Assembly (NCBI RefSeq): GCF_001194135.2
Contig: NC_068988.1
Span: forward strand, 85,627,562-85,663,982
Direction of reading: 5' to 3'
Source of the DNA: Octopus bimaculoides
Taxonomy: Eukaryota
DNA: 36,421 bases
The notes beneath the pieces were generated by a model that was not told the DNA's origin, ran no database searches, and saw nothing but the letters and a program-made list of their open reading frames with translations. Made by a program: the position numbers and the translations under genes. This document shows, in pieces, positions 13,137-23,810 of this stretch (its first letter is position 1; each line of letters starts with the position of its first letter).

Positions 13137-13742
13137 AATAATCCTCTATACTATAGGTACAAGGCCTGAAATATGGTGGAGGGGACTAGTCGATTACATC
13201 GACCTCAGTGCATAACTGGTACTTAATTTATCGACCCCGAAAGGATGAAAGGCAAAGTCGACCTTGGCGGAATTCGAACTTAGAACGTGTAATAATAATC
13301 CTTTCTACTTAAAACACAAGGCCTGAAACTTTGGGGAAGTGGTAGTCGATTACATCGACCCCTGTACTTAACTGATATATAATTTATCGACTCCGAAAGG
13401 ATGAAAGGCAAAGTGGACCTCGACGGAATTTGAACTCAGAACGTAAGGACGAAGGAAATGCTTCTCAGCATTTTGTCCGACATGTTAACAATTCTGCCAA
13501 CTCACCGCCTTCAATAATAATAATGATCCTTTCTACTATAGGCACAAGATCTGAAATTTTGGTGGAGGGGACCAGTCGATTACATCGACACCACTGTGTA
13601 ACTGGCACTTAATTTATTGACCCCGAAAGGATGAAAAGCAAAGTTAACCTTGGCGGAATTTGATCTCAGAACGTAACAACGGGCAAAATATTGCTAAGCA
13701 TTTTGTCCAGCGCACTAGCGGTTCTGCCAACTCACCGCCTTA
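13137..13742 (-). mobile_element. Three head-to-tail SINE-C copies (13137-13270 5'-truncated; 13296-13511; 13525-13742) separated by (AAT)n
   Basis: Repeated blocks CCT(T/C)T(C/A)TACT...ACAAG...GAAA, CCGAAAGGATGAAA(G/A)GCAAAGT, GG(C/A)GGAATT(T/C)GA(A/T)CT and CTCACCGCCTT (last two copies). Confidence 0.9.
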
Positions 13743-13946
13743 ATAATAATGGTTTCTATATTTGCCAAAAGAGCATTAAAGAATTGACTACAAAGGAACA
13801 ACACAGCTACGTACAACGCGAGGAGTTACAATCTTAGGGTTGCTGATCGAAACTGCAAAAACACTGTCATTACTCCGTTCTAGTAAATGTATCACGAATA
13901 TGCATAATATGCATTCTACAAACTGTATGAAGTAATCTTTCCGTTT

Positions 13947-13957
13947 ATGTGTGTGCG

Positions 13958-14008
<51 letters not shown>

Positions 14009-14019
14009 GCGTGTGTGTG
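13947..14019. repeat. (TG)n microsatellite
   Basis: Directly visible. Confidence 0.95.
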
Positions 14020-14624
14020 TAAGAAGTCATATATAAAAAATTTGAGCTGACAAAAGAATAAACAATTATGTTATGAACTTCATTAGCTGACAGTTGTTTC
14101 TGCTATAGGATGTCCTGCACTCATAGATGAGTGTTTGAGTCTCACCCTATAGCTTCAGCGGAGCTTCAAACAAGTTTTTATATCCAGTTGTACTAAAAAC
14201 AATATATATCAATATATATATATATAATTCTTTTATTGTTCTGTTTCCTCAATTCAAATTTATGCCATGCAAATCGTTTTAGGCGATGACTTTCCCAAGA
14301 TGTCAAATGAAAGTAGAGGCTTTAGAAATTATTTCAACTGATACTTATATCAAACAACGTTTCTTCCTCTATCCCGGTATCCTCTGCCTGTCGGCCAAAC
14401 AAAATAATTTTCGTTCATATCTGCACTGGAATCTCAGCAGCATGCTTTTTATGCCGGAGGTATGTTTCTAAGATTTTGATATAAGGTATTTCATATATTT
14501 TTATATATGTATGTGCGTGTGTGTGTGTGTGTGTAAATAAAAGATTAGATTATTCCGAAGTGAAGCTAAAAAACATATTAATATTCTCATACGTATTCAT
14601 TTCAGAGTTGTATATTTTGGGCAA

Positions 14625-14659
<35 letters not shown>

Positions 14660-14808
14660 CCCTGACTGAACCCAAGACTACACAGCCACACCTACATCTA
14701 TTGTTTTTTTAAAAAATTAAAATTGAAATTATAATCATCAACCAAGACTGTCTTAGCAGTTTTGAAGGGCTTTCAAAAGATCTTTTTATTTCGAGGTCTT
14801 GCGTTATA

Positions 14809-15018
14809 CAGGGTGCGGCAGAAATACCTCCTACATTCTAAACTTTCACCTATGTGTTGCTAATGAACTTATGCAAGTGCCAATGATACTTTCATTTAGC
14901 TAATGAACAACACTGTAACCCTTTGTTTAAACAACAGTAGAATTAAGTTTTCATAAATATTGTTTCTTTTTCCTTTTGTCAACCTTTCAAATGTGAGAGG
15001 TATTTCTGCCGCACCCTG
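14809..15018. mobile_element. 210-bp Tc1/mariner-type MITE with about 30-bp TIRs and TA target duplication
   Basis: Left end TA|CAGGGTGCGGCAGAAATACCTC and right end GAGGTATTTCTGCCGCACCCTG|TA form a 22-bp perfect inverted match that extends imperfectly to about 30 bp. The interior is AT-rich and non-coding. Confidence 0.92.
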
Positions 15019-15589
15019 TAGATTGAATTCGTCAACCGATTGAACTCCAACACCTGTGTCATTGAATGCCTTTTGCGGAGTTTATTCTGCAAGCATTCGG
15101 AACTTACTAGTTTTCTCCTACGAGTATCGGACCATTACCCTTCTTTCTGTTGCTAATGGCCAAGAAATGTCCTTCCCTCTCTCTAGACTAATTCATTGGT
15201 GATGGTGGGAGGAACTGCATACCCCTCTGGAATAGCTGAATTGAATTTACTTTAATATACCTATGGATAAGCACTTCCGTCTAAAGTATTGCAACGCCGA
15301 AGTGGTTACTTCCGCTCTAATTTTCAGGTACAGCGTTATGACGGACAGTTTCTAGATGGGGTGAGATTCGTGCCAGTTATCCTATTAAAGTTCTTCCATA
15401 GATTGAGGTTAGAACTAAATCAGCCGTTATGCAATTTAACCAGGATATCGTTTGCATGACAAACGTCCATGCGTGTGGTCTTAATTCACTATCTGTCAAG
15501 CCGCGAACTCACAAGTTTATACAATTTAGCTTTGCTCTACGACCAGCAATTATAACAATAGTAATAATTCCTTCAACTATAAGTACAAA

Positions 15590-16160
15590 GTCTGATATTT
15601 GGGGTGGGGAGGGGGTCTTGTTGATTAGACTGTTCCCAGCGCTTGACTGGTAATTATTTCATTGACCCCGAAAAGATAAAAACAAAGTTGACTTCGGTAG
15701 AATTTGAGCTCAGAACATAAATCCGGAAAAGACATCGCTTAGCATTTTGTCCGGCGCGGTAACAATTCCGCCAGTTCGTTGCCTTTAATATTCTTTCTAA
15801 TTTTGGCATAAGGCCAGCAATTTTAAGGGGAGGGGAAAGGGATTATTTCAACCAAGTACTTGACTAGTATTTAATTGTATCGACTTCGAAAGAATGAAAG
15901 GCAAAGTTGACCTCGACGGTATTCGAACTCAGAACGTAAAAAGTCGGAAGAAATACAGTTAAACATTCTGACCGACACGACAAATGATTCTGCCAGGTCG
16001 CCGCTTTAAATTTCTGGCATAAAGCCAGCAATTTGGAGGGTGGGGTGTTAGTCAGTAACATCAGCCTAGCACCTGACTGGAGGGACGAGATTTGAACTCA
16101 GAATGTAAAAAGTCAGAAAAATACAGCAATGTATTTTTTCCGACGCTCTAAAGATTCTGC
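15590..16160 (-). mobile_element. Three consecutive diverged SINE-C copies (about 15590-15786, 15795-16006, 16006-16160 internally deleted)
   Basis: Repeated GACCCCGAAAAG/GAAAGAATGAAAGGCAAAGTTGAC, AATTTGAGCTCAGAAC/TTCGAACTCAGAAC/TTTGAACTCAGAAT and TCGCCGCTTT/TTGCCTTT blocks. Confidence 0.8.
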
Positions 16161-16179
16161 CAAAAATCTTTTTACTTTA

Positions 16180-17266
16180 CACAAAAGAGCGATAAAGTTC
16201 AAAACGGAAACAGGTTACATTGAGACAAATTTAGATAACAATACAGCAGAAATGGCTACAGAGACAACCTCTCCACGGTCAATACCCTTTAGTATAAATA
16301 AGCCAAAACGATAGTCAACAGAGGATCAAAAGTTCTTGTCTAAAAGCAAAAACGGGGTTGAACTGAATGTCGCTTCACAACATCAACGTCTAGTTACAGA
16401 CAATTATATGAATAAAATAATGAAAATAGATCTTAACACCAAATGCGGAATGTGCAACCAGCGCAATGAGATTGTTGACATCGGCTTCGGTTGCCCAGTC
16501 CTTACCAAATATGAGTATATAGATAGTCATGATTAAGTCGGCAGCTCTATCCCTTGGGGAAACAAACAAGAAATCGTACAAACATGTATCAAACATGGTA
16601 CATGAGAAGGATCTGGCTACAATAATCTGGAATATTTTTACCCTAACTGACAAAGAGATAGGAGCAAACAGTCCAGATATGATAAATGTCGAGAAACTAA
16701 ATACATGTACAATGACATACATCGCAATTCCTTCTAACGAAAATATTGCCCTGAAAGCAGTTGAAAAAGTATCAAAATACAAGGGCATTCAAATTGAAAT
16801 ATTCAAGATATGGGGCATGAGAGTGAAAACACTACCAATAAGTAGTAAATGAAGCTTTGGTATGATTAAAATATAATGAAAACATATCATACCAGCGCTC
16901 ACAACACTAAACACTCCAACAAATAACTGTGCCAGGAAAAGCTCACGTGTGCCATATTCTATCGATTCCATACAATAGCTCAAATAAGACAAGCAGAACT
17001 TGCGCATCATATACTCTCTAAGATTAATACACAATAAAACAGCACAATTCACATTACGCACACACCATGCATAACAGAATAGATACCAATATAACAAGAA
17101 ACGATAAACCAAAACCAATAACAAAACAAACTGATGCATTATGCGAAAATAAGAACTCTATAGTTTTCCTTCTCCATACAAAAATAAGTGCACGATGTTA
17201 CATACACATCAAGAACATGGAGGTGCACCAGTACAAGTTCGCATGAAACCATCGAAAATAATAATA
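16180..17266 (+). mobile_element. Second, older R4/Dong-like 3' fragment (CCHC plus RLE plus 3' UTR) ending in (AAT)n
   Basis: Translates KCGMCNQRNEIVDIGFGCPVLTKYEYIDSHD and ATIIWNIFTLTDKEIGANSPDMIN...TYIAIPSNENIALKAVEKVSKYKGIQIEIFKIWGMRVKTLPI, collinear with 9990-10450. Confidence 0.85.
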
Positions 17267-17277
17267 ATAATCCTTTC

Positions 17278-17485
17278 TGCTATAGGAACAAAGTCTGAAA
17301 TTTTGGGGAGGGGACAAGTCGATTTCATCGACTCCAGTGCATCACTGGTACTTAATTTATCGACCGCGAAAGGATGAAAGGCAAAGTCAACCTCGGTGGA
17401 ATTTGAACTTATAACGAAAAGTTGGACGAAATGCCGTTAAGCATTTTGTATGGTGAGCTAAGAGATTCTGCAGCTCATCACCTTA
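17278..17485 (-). mobile_element. SINE family C copy
   Basis: Same diagnostic blocks, with an (AAT)n tail at 17259-17277. Confidence 0.85.
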
Positions 17486-17992
17486 ACTGATTGGAAGTGT
17501 TATCATGTACATATTTTGTTATGGTGTAAAAGATGGGCTACAGCAAATATTCTGCTCAATATCACAGATTTGCTTGTCAGTTGCTTGACCTTAACCAATT
17601 GAGCATGTCCCTTGGTGACTGACGATATGTGCATCTCTGATCATGAGCAGAAGTAGTGGGGGAGCATCATAGCCATGTGTTGAGAGGAATTCTTTGGAGT
17701 TTGAATAATCCACCTCTGGGAACATGAGTGTTTCGTTCATCATCCTGAAGGAACCCGTATTCAAGGACCGTTTGAGCGGGATGGGCTACTCGACCCGAAG
17801 AAAATTCTAACTAGGCCCCACCTGCAAGGTCATGTGCTGTTTACCTTGATACGAGATCACCATGTTGTGCACGTATGATTGTGATGCATGTGCCTGGTGT
17901 ACCCTTATCAGACGGGTAGTCATGATGGGTATACTGGGCTTCATATATTTGTATCCCAGTGTCACTTTGATGGCAGGAACTGCTCTGTCACT

Positions 17993-17995
<3 letters not shown>
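17486..17995. mobile_element. Dispersed repeat family D, about 510-bp copy ending at (AAT)n
   Basis: Homologous to 12784-13125. No ORF, TIR or pol III boxes recognised. Confidence 0.8.
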
Positions 17996-18042
<47 letters not shown>

Positions 18043-18047
18043 GTAAT

Positions 18048-18463
18048 ACTCTTTTACTCTTTTACTCTTTTACTTGTTTCAGTCATTTGACTGCGGCCAT
18101 GCTGGAGTACCGCCTTTAGTCAAGAAAATCGACCCCAGGACATATTCTTTGTAAGCCTAGTACATATTCTATCGGTCTCTTTTTGCCGAACCGCTAAGTT
18201 ACGGGGACGTAAACACACCAGCATCGGTTGTCAAGCGGTGGTTGACGGGCAAACACGGACACACAAACACACACACACACCTATATATATATATATACAT
18301 ACATATATACGACGGGCTTCTTTCAGTTTCCGTCTACCAAATCCACTCAGAAGGCTTTGGTTGGCCCGAGGCTATAGTAGAAGACACTTGCCCAAGGTGC
18401 CACGCAGTGGGACTGAACCCGGAACCATGTGGTTGGTAAGCAAGCTACTTACCACACAGCCAC
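18048..18463 (-). mobile_element. SINE family A, near full-length (about 10 nt of 5' end missing)
   Basis: Reverse-complement homologue of 6621-7025 with a (TAAAAGAG)n tail. Confidence 0.92.
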
Positions 18464-18675
18464 AGAAAATATATAAAGAAATGTTTTACAAAGACGTGTG
18501 CAGTGAGACGGATAAGTTATAAAAAATGCGAGGGTAGGAGCGAAGGCCACTATACTACATGGGACAAATGAAAATTATAAAACATAAGTTTATACGAAAT
18601 ATATTTAAAACTCAAAATAAAACACAATAATTACGCAAGATAATTATATAAAAATTAAACCTCTACATAGGTCGA

Positions 18676-19790
18676 TCAAGGATATTCCACATTTACACTT
18701 CCATTGTTTTCCTTCCAATATTGTTCATGGCTGGAGATTCCAAAATATTCTGCGAACAGTAGTCGTGTTACAGTGGGCAAGTACTGGCCCAAGTTCTTTA
18801 GATCCTCGAAACGTAACACGTCATGAAGTCTATCCGAAATACGAATTAGTATTCTATCTATTCTTATGCAGTTCAACATGTAATCCCATTTCCTTCTGAA
18901 TCTGTGATTCGTTTGCATATTCCTAAATTTCTTCTGTATATTATATGGGTTCCTCCGAGGTTTGTTATTTTGCAAATGACAGTGATCTTGATATCGTTCA
19001 GAGCAGGATCTAGTTTCAACTTGCAGGACATCGGTTTGCCTTGATGACATACAGGTTCTTCCTCAACATAGAAGGTTTCTTTTCACATGTTTTATTATTA
19101 TTTTTTTTGATATTTTTCTGTTGCGTAGTTTTCCGTTTTCTTTTTACGAAATTTGCTTATCCGCATCGGTCACCGTTGGTCCCCATCCTCGTAAGTAGAA
19201 AGAGTGGTGCTGTTGTGAGAAGGAACTTCTTGGACGCTTAATACAAGCTGTTGTTGTTGTGGGGGTTGACTCCCATTTACTTCGCCGGTTGTAGCTGGGA
19301 GAGAAGACTTTTGTGTCACATGACGTGCTGCTGAGGACAAAACAATTTCATTTGTGTCCGTTGCATCCAGAGGACGGAAGCCTCCATTTTTTGTCGTTTC
19401 TTTTTTTTTTTTGTTTAGTTTTGGACTTTCTTCACGGAAGACCTTTAAGTGGGTTTTGCTTCCACTCATGTAACAGCTAGGTTATTTACTCTAGATGATG
19501 AACTTTAAGGCCTTACACTCAGTAACCGCTTCAGAATATAGTTCTGGTATTGTTTTATGGCATTGCGGGCTTATGACGATTTGAATATCCATGGCAATCT
19601 CATATCGCCAAACGTTATATCTGAACTGACTACCTGCTCTCTAGCCAGGTGGCGATATCGTCTCCAAGTTCCTTATCAGTGGCCACCTCCTTCATGATTC
19701 TATTTCCCAAATACTAACGTACATGCAAGCGCACTATTTAGGGTTGAGATTTTGCAATGTCCTCTATTTTAAGAATGACAAATATAGTGT
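18676..19790 (-). pseudogene. Degenerate gag-like ORF1 of a probable L1/Tx1-type retroelement with eroded CCHC zinc knuckle
   Basis: Minus strand at 19434-19475 reads C-Y-M-S-G-S-K-T-H-L-K-V-F-R. This has exact C-x2-C-x4-H-x4-C spacing, with the lost Cys codons AGT and CGT each one substitution from TGT. It is preceded by YLGNRIMKEVA...DIATWL and followed by a low-complexity linker and the 124-aa ORF 18676-19050. Confidence 0.55.
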
Positions 19791-20254
19791 CATATGTCCC
19801 CCTTCTCCCACTCTCTGTCTGTCTGTTTCTGTCTCCGTCTCCGTCTCTCCCCCCTCTCTCTCTCTGAAAGATATTTTAGTGAAAATATCTGCCAGATCTA
19901 TCTTCAATCCTTGACTAGATGGAACAAGAAAGCCTGCTGTGTTCTTGGCAAGGCAGAAATTTGTTACTTTTCTCCTCTTGCGAACCTTTGTGATTGTGTA
20001 ATACTGGCGCCAGTTCGATGAACCTTTCAGCAAAATGTCTCATATTGAGATTATTAATTTATTATTTTGAAAGAACGTTTATAAAGGACATTCTAATTGT
20101 CATTCATCCTTACGCTGGAAGCGCGATGTAAACATGAATACTGTGCCAAAATTTGAAATAACAACAACAGAAATAATAATTTCTTTTATTAGTCACTAGG
20201 ACAGAGATGAAGGGAACATCACAGCTACAGAAAAACCTCTGCCCCCCACCACCA

Positions 20255-20390
20255 CTTAGCGGTTCGGCAAAAGAAACGATAGAATAAGTACCAGACGTAT
20301 ATGAAAAATTAGTGCTGTGGTCGATTCATTCGACTAAAATTCTTCAAGGTGCCCAAGCAGTCCAATGACTAAAACATGTAAACGATAAAA
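20255..20390 (+). mobile_element. SINE-A 3'-half remnant (old)
   Basis: CTTAGCGGTTCGGCAAAAGAAACGATAGAATAAGTAC...GGTCGATTCATTCGACTAAA matches the SINE-A 3' half. Confidence 0.75.
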
Positions 20391-20526
20391 GGGTATCTGT
20401 CTATCTATCTATCTATCTATCTATCTATTTATTTATGTTTGTCTGCCTATCTGTCTATCTATCTGTCTCTCTCTGTCCCCCCTCTCTCTCTCTTTTTCTT
20501 TATATATATATATATATATATATATA

Positions 20527-21372
20527 CGAGATCTGATCAATAAGTATCCGGACTGTTGCCATAGTAATGAAGCTAAAGTACGCAGAGTGCAGCCACTTGG
20601 CACAGATTAACCTTCAAATCTACTGGGCAGGCACACTAAATTTCAACGTTCTATCTTACTACCGCGGTTTACAGCAGTGCTTGGAAGGAAGGTGGGTATC
20701 GTGTGACCGTCGCATTGACTGTGATGGAGAAAGTTGTCATAGCGATACCTCCTCAGAAGTGTATAGAGAAGAGCGTATGGGTCACACACAAGTGTACGAG
20801 TGGCTCAGACGTTTCCAAGATGGCCGAAAAAATGTTAATATTGACAAACGTTTTGGAAGAACTGCAACCAGCAGAACTGAGAAAAACATCGCAGATGTGC
20901 GTGCAGATGTGAGGAGAAATCGTCGAATCACCATCCGTGAGTTATCAGAAGATGTGCAGATGAGTTACGGTTCTGTTCAGTCCATTATCACTGAAGATTT
21001 GGGTATGAGATGCATGTCTGCCAAATTTGTGCCAAAAAGACACTTGGGTTTCAGTTGCACAAAATCTCCTTGATTGCATCGACAACAATGAAAATTTTTT
21101 GAAAACTTTGCGTAGGCCTCTGAGCAAGTATTGCCAGGTTGTTGGCAAAATTTGATGCAAATTCTCTACACAAGATTCTCTCTCATGATCAATGAGATGA
21201 TCACACGTTACAGATTTTCCTACCAAGCACTGCTGTAAACAGCGGAAGTGAGTTAGAACGTGAAAACTTAGTGCGCATGTACAGCAGAGTTGAAGGTCAA
21301 TCTGTGCCAAGCGGCTTCACTCTGCATGCTTCAGCTTCATTACTATGGCAACAGTCCGGTTGATCAGACCAC

Positions 21373-21373
<1 letters not shown>
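20527..21373 (+). mobile_element. Mariner-derived non-autonomous element made of two left ends (fold-back), inserted in (TA)n
   Basis: Ends TA|CGAGATCTGATCAA and TTGATCAGACCACG|TA. The inverted arms align over about 200 bp at roughly 85% identity (hand count). The forward transposase runs from the HTH to AKFVPK...ENFLKT. The minus strand at 21106-21165 reads RICIKFCQQPGNTCSEAYAK, a second N-terminus. Confidence 0.88.
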
Positions 21374-21406
<33 letters not shown>

Positions 21407-22559
21407 TTTATTTAAAAGCAGCAGAAATATAACTAAAAAACCGTTACTCTGAGTAGCTGCTTTTAAATAAAGCAAATTACTCTACCTCTGGTATTTGAGT
21501 ANNNNNNNNNNNNNNNNNNNNNNNNNNNNNNNNNNNNNNNNNNNNNNNNNNNNNNNNNNNNNNNNNNNNNNNNNNNNNNNNNNNNNNNNNNNNNNNNNNN
21601 NNNNNNNNNNNNNNNNNNNNNNNNNNNNNNNNNNNNNNNNNNNNNNNNNNNNNNNNNNNNNNNNNNNNNNNNNNNNNNNNNNNNNNNNNNNNNNNNNNNN
21701 NNNNNNNNNNNNNNNNNNNNNNNNNNNNNNNNNNNNNNNNNNNNNNNNNNNNNNNNNNNNNNNNNNNNNNNNNNNNNNNNNNNNNNNNNNNNNNNNNNNN
21801 NNNNNNNNNNNNNNNNNNNNNNNNNNNNNNNNNNNNNNNNNNNNNNNNNNNNNNNNNNNNNNNNNNNNNNNNNNNNNNNNNNNNNNNNNNNNNNNNNNNN
21901 NNNNNNNNNNNNNNNNNNNNNNNNNNNNNNNNNNNNNNNNNNNNNNNNNNNNNNNNNNNNNNNNNNNNNNNNNNNNNNNNNNNNNNNNNNNNNNNNNNNN
22001 NNNNNNNNNNNNNNNNNNNNNNNNNNNNNNNNNNNNNNNNNNNNNNNNNNNNNNNNNNNNNNNNNNNNNNNNNNNNNNNNNNNNNNNNNNNNNNNNNNNN
22101 NNNNNNNNNNNNNNNNNNNNNNNNNNNNNNNNNNNNNNNNNNNNNNNNNNNNNNNNNNNNNNNNNNNNNNNNNNNNNNNNNNNNNNNNNNNNNNNNNNNN
22201 NNNNNNNNNNNNNNNNNNNNNNNNNNNNNNNNNNNNNNNNNNNNNNNNNNNNNNNNNNNNNNNNNNNNNNNNNNNNNNNNNNNNNNNNNNNNNNNNNNNN
22301 NNNNNNNNNNNNNNNNNNNNNNNNNNNNNNNNNNNNNNNNNNNNNNNNNNNNNNNNNNNNNNNNNNNNNNNNNNNNNNNNNNNNNNNNNNNNNNNNNNNN
22401 NNNNNNNNNNNNNNNNNNNNNNNNNNNNNNNNNNNNNNNNNNNNNNNNNNNNNNNNNNNNNNNNNNNNNNNNNNNNNNNNNNNNNNNNAATCTCTGGGTT
22501 ATCGTCCACGGAAAATTGTTCTTACTTCTATGTACCGTCGCTCACCGCTTGTCAGCTCG

Positions 22560-23810
22560 AAATAGCCTTATAATATGGAGCAATGAATAAGACTTGTCTT
22601 GCAAGCATTGTGGAGCAACCTTTTGCACTCTGGACTACATTTTTCACCGGATAATTTGGGGCACTGGAAGATAGTCTTTACATGTAGCGGCACAGCAACG
22701 TCCTTACAGAAATCTCCAGGTAGACGGACCTGCAGCACATTCAACTCTGTATACTTTAATTTCCGTGCGGCTCTGATGCCAACAACAATCTTTCAGAAAA
22801 TAATTCAAGTCTGTACTTTCATCTGTTAGAGGTTCGTGTATGATATTAATGATTTAATATTTCGTGAACTTTCTTAATAAACCTAGTTTATTTTGACAAA
22901 ATCAGAAGCTGTCATAGCTGAGATAATGAAAACATTTAGCACCTCCCTCAGTTTGGAAGACGATGATGAAACTGAAAATTAACATTGAATATGTGAAGAC
23001 AGATCGAAGAGGACTGTGGCTGGGTTGGTCTTCTGCTTTTTGTTGAAAATATTGAAAATATTATTGAATGTATAAAGTGATGTCGAGAATATAATGAATG
23101 AACATGAAATGGTAAATTAAGTTTTTAGCAACCCATCGGATCATGAAAATTACACTGACTGAGCATTACGTTTCCCTATCTAAGATACGTGTTTCAGAAA
23201 TAGCTTGAAAACACATTATCATGCCATCAAAGAATACATATTAAATAATTACATAAACGATTATGAAATAATCAATCAACAGCATGATATACATTGATTC
23301 TTGAGATGATGATAATGACAGTCACTTACAAAAGTATTGATTCCTGAAATGGTGAAAACAATCGGCACATTTATCAAATGGAGTTTCTAAACCATCGTAT
23401 CTGTAATAGAATGTACACCTTCGTTGTTTCAACTTCAAAATGTGATGTATTCAAATGTGTTCTAATGTTACTGCGAAATTTAAATGTAGCTCTAGGCTTT
23501 TTCAAGAGAACCATTATTTGAATAAACCATTTGCATAAAAACATCGTTGTTACCGAAGTTGAATGTGGAAACCATGTCATTGTGCCAAAAATTAAACTGA
23601 GATTTTCTGACGCCATTCTACTGTTAATTCTTATGCAATTAGATCTTCCAGTTCGAGTGACATTCGCAATAAAGGTTGATAAATATCAAAGTCAGTCGTT
23701 GAGTAAAATAAGTCTGCTCTTCCCCAACTAATCTGTTTGTGCAAGGACAGCTGTGTGCAGTTCTAGCAAGAACGACACATGGTACTACAAGTATAAAGAG
23801 CAATGTCGAA
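22560..23810 (+). pseudogene. Highly degenerate Helitron RepHel PIF1-family helicase remnant
   Basis: Collinear eroded motifs: SGTATSL...PGRRTCSTF (cf. SSGIAATLL.GGRTAHSTF), VWKTMMKLKINI, TYKSIDS, YQMEFLN (23381-23392 = EFLN), MLLRNLN (23465-23485), HVIVPKIKLRFSD, LPVRVTFAIKVDKYQSQSLSKI (cf. FPVRLAFAMTINKSQGQSL.KV) and FVQGQLCAVLAR (cf. FSHGQLYVALSR). Many stops and frameshifts. Confidence 0.8.

Noticed and set aside
13137-13742. CRISPR-like repeat/spacer appearance of tandem units
   Set aside because: Units are ~210-bp SINE copies separated by microsatellite, there are no unique spacers or cas genes, and the context is eukaryotic.
14283-14459. 177-nt open frame between AG and GTATGT (possible exon)
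   Set aside because: The polypyrimidine tract is weak and the peptide is unrecognisable. There is insufficient support without RNA-seq.
22600-22760. SWIM-like zinc finger on the minus strand (ECAAG...CKDVAV)
   Set aside because: It needs a frameshift and lies antisense to the better-supported collinear Helitron PIF1 motifs on the + strand.
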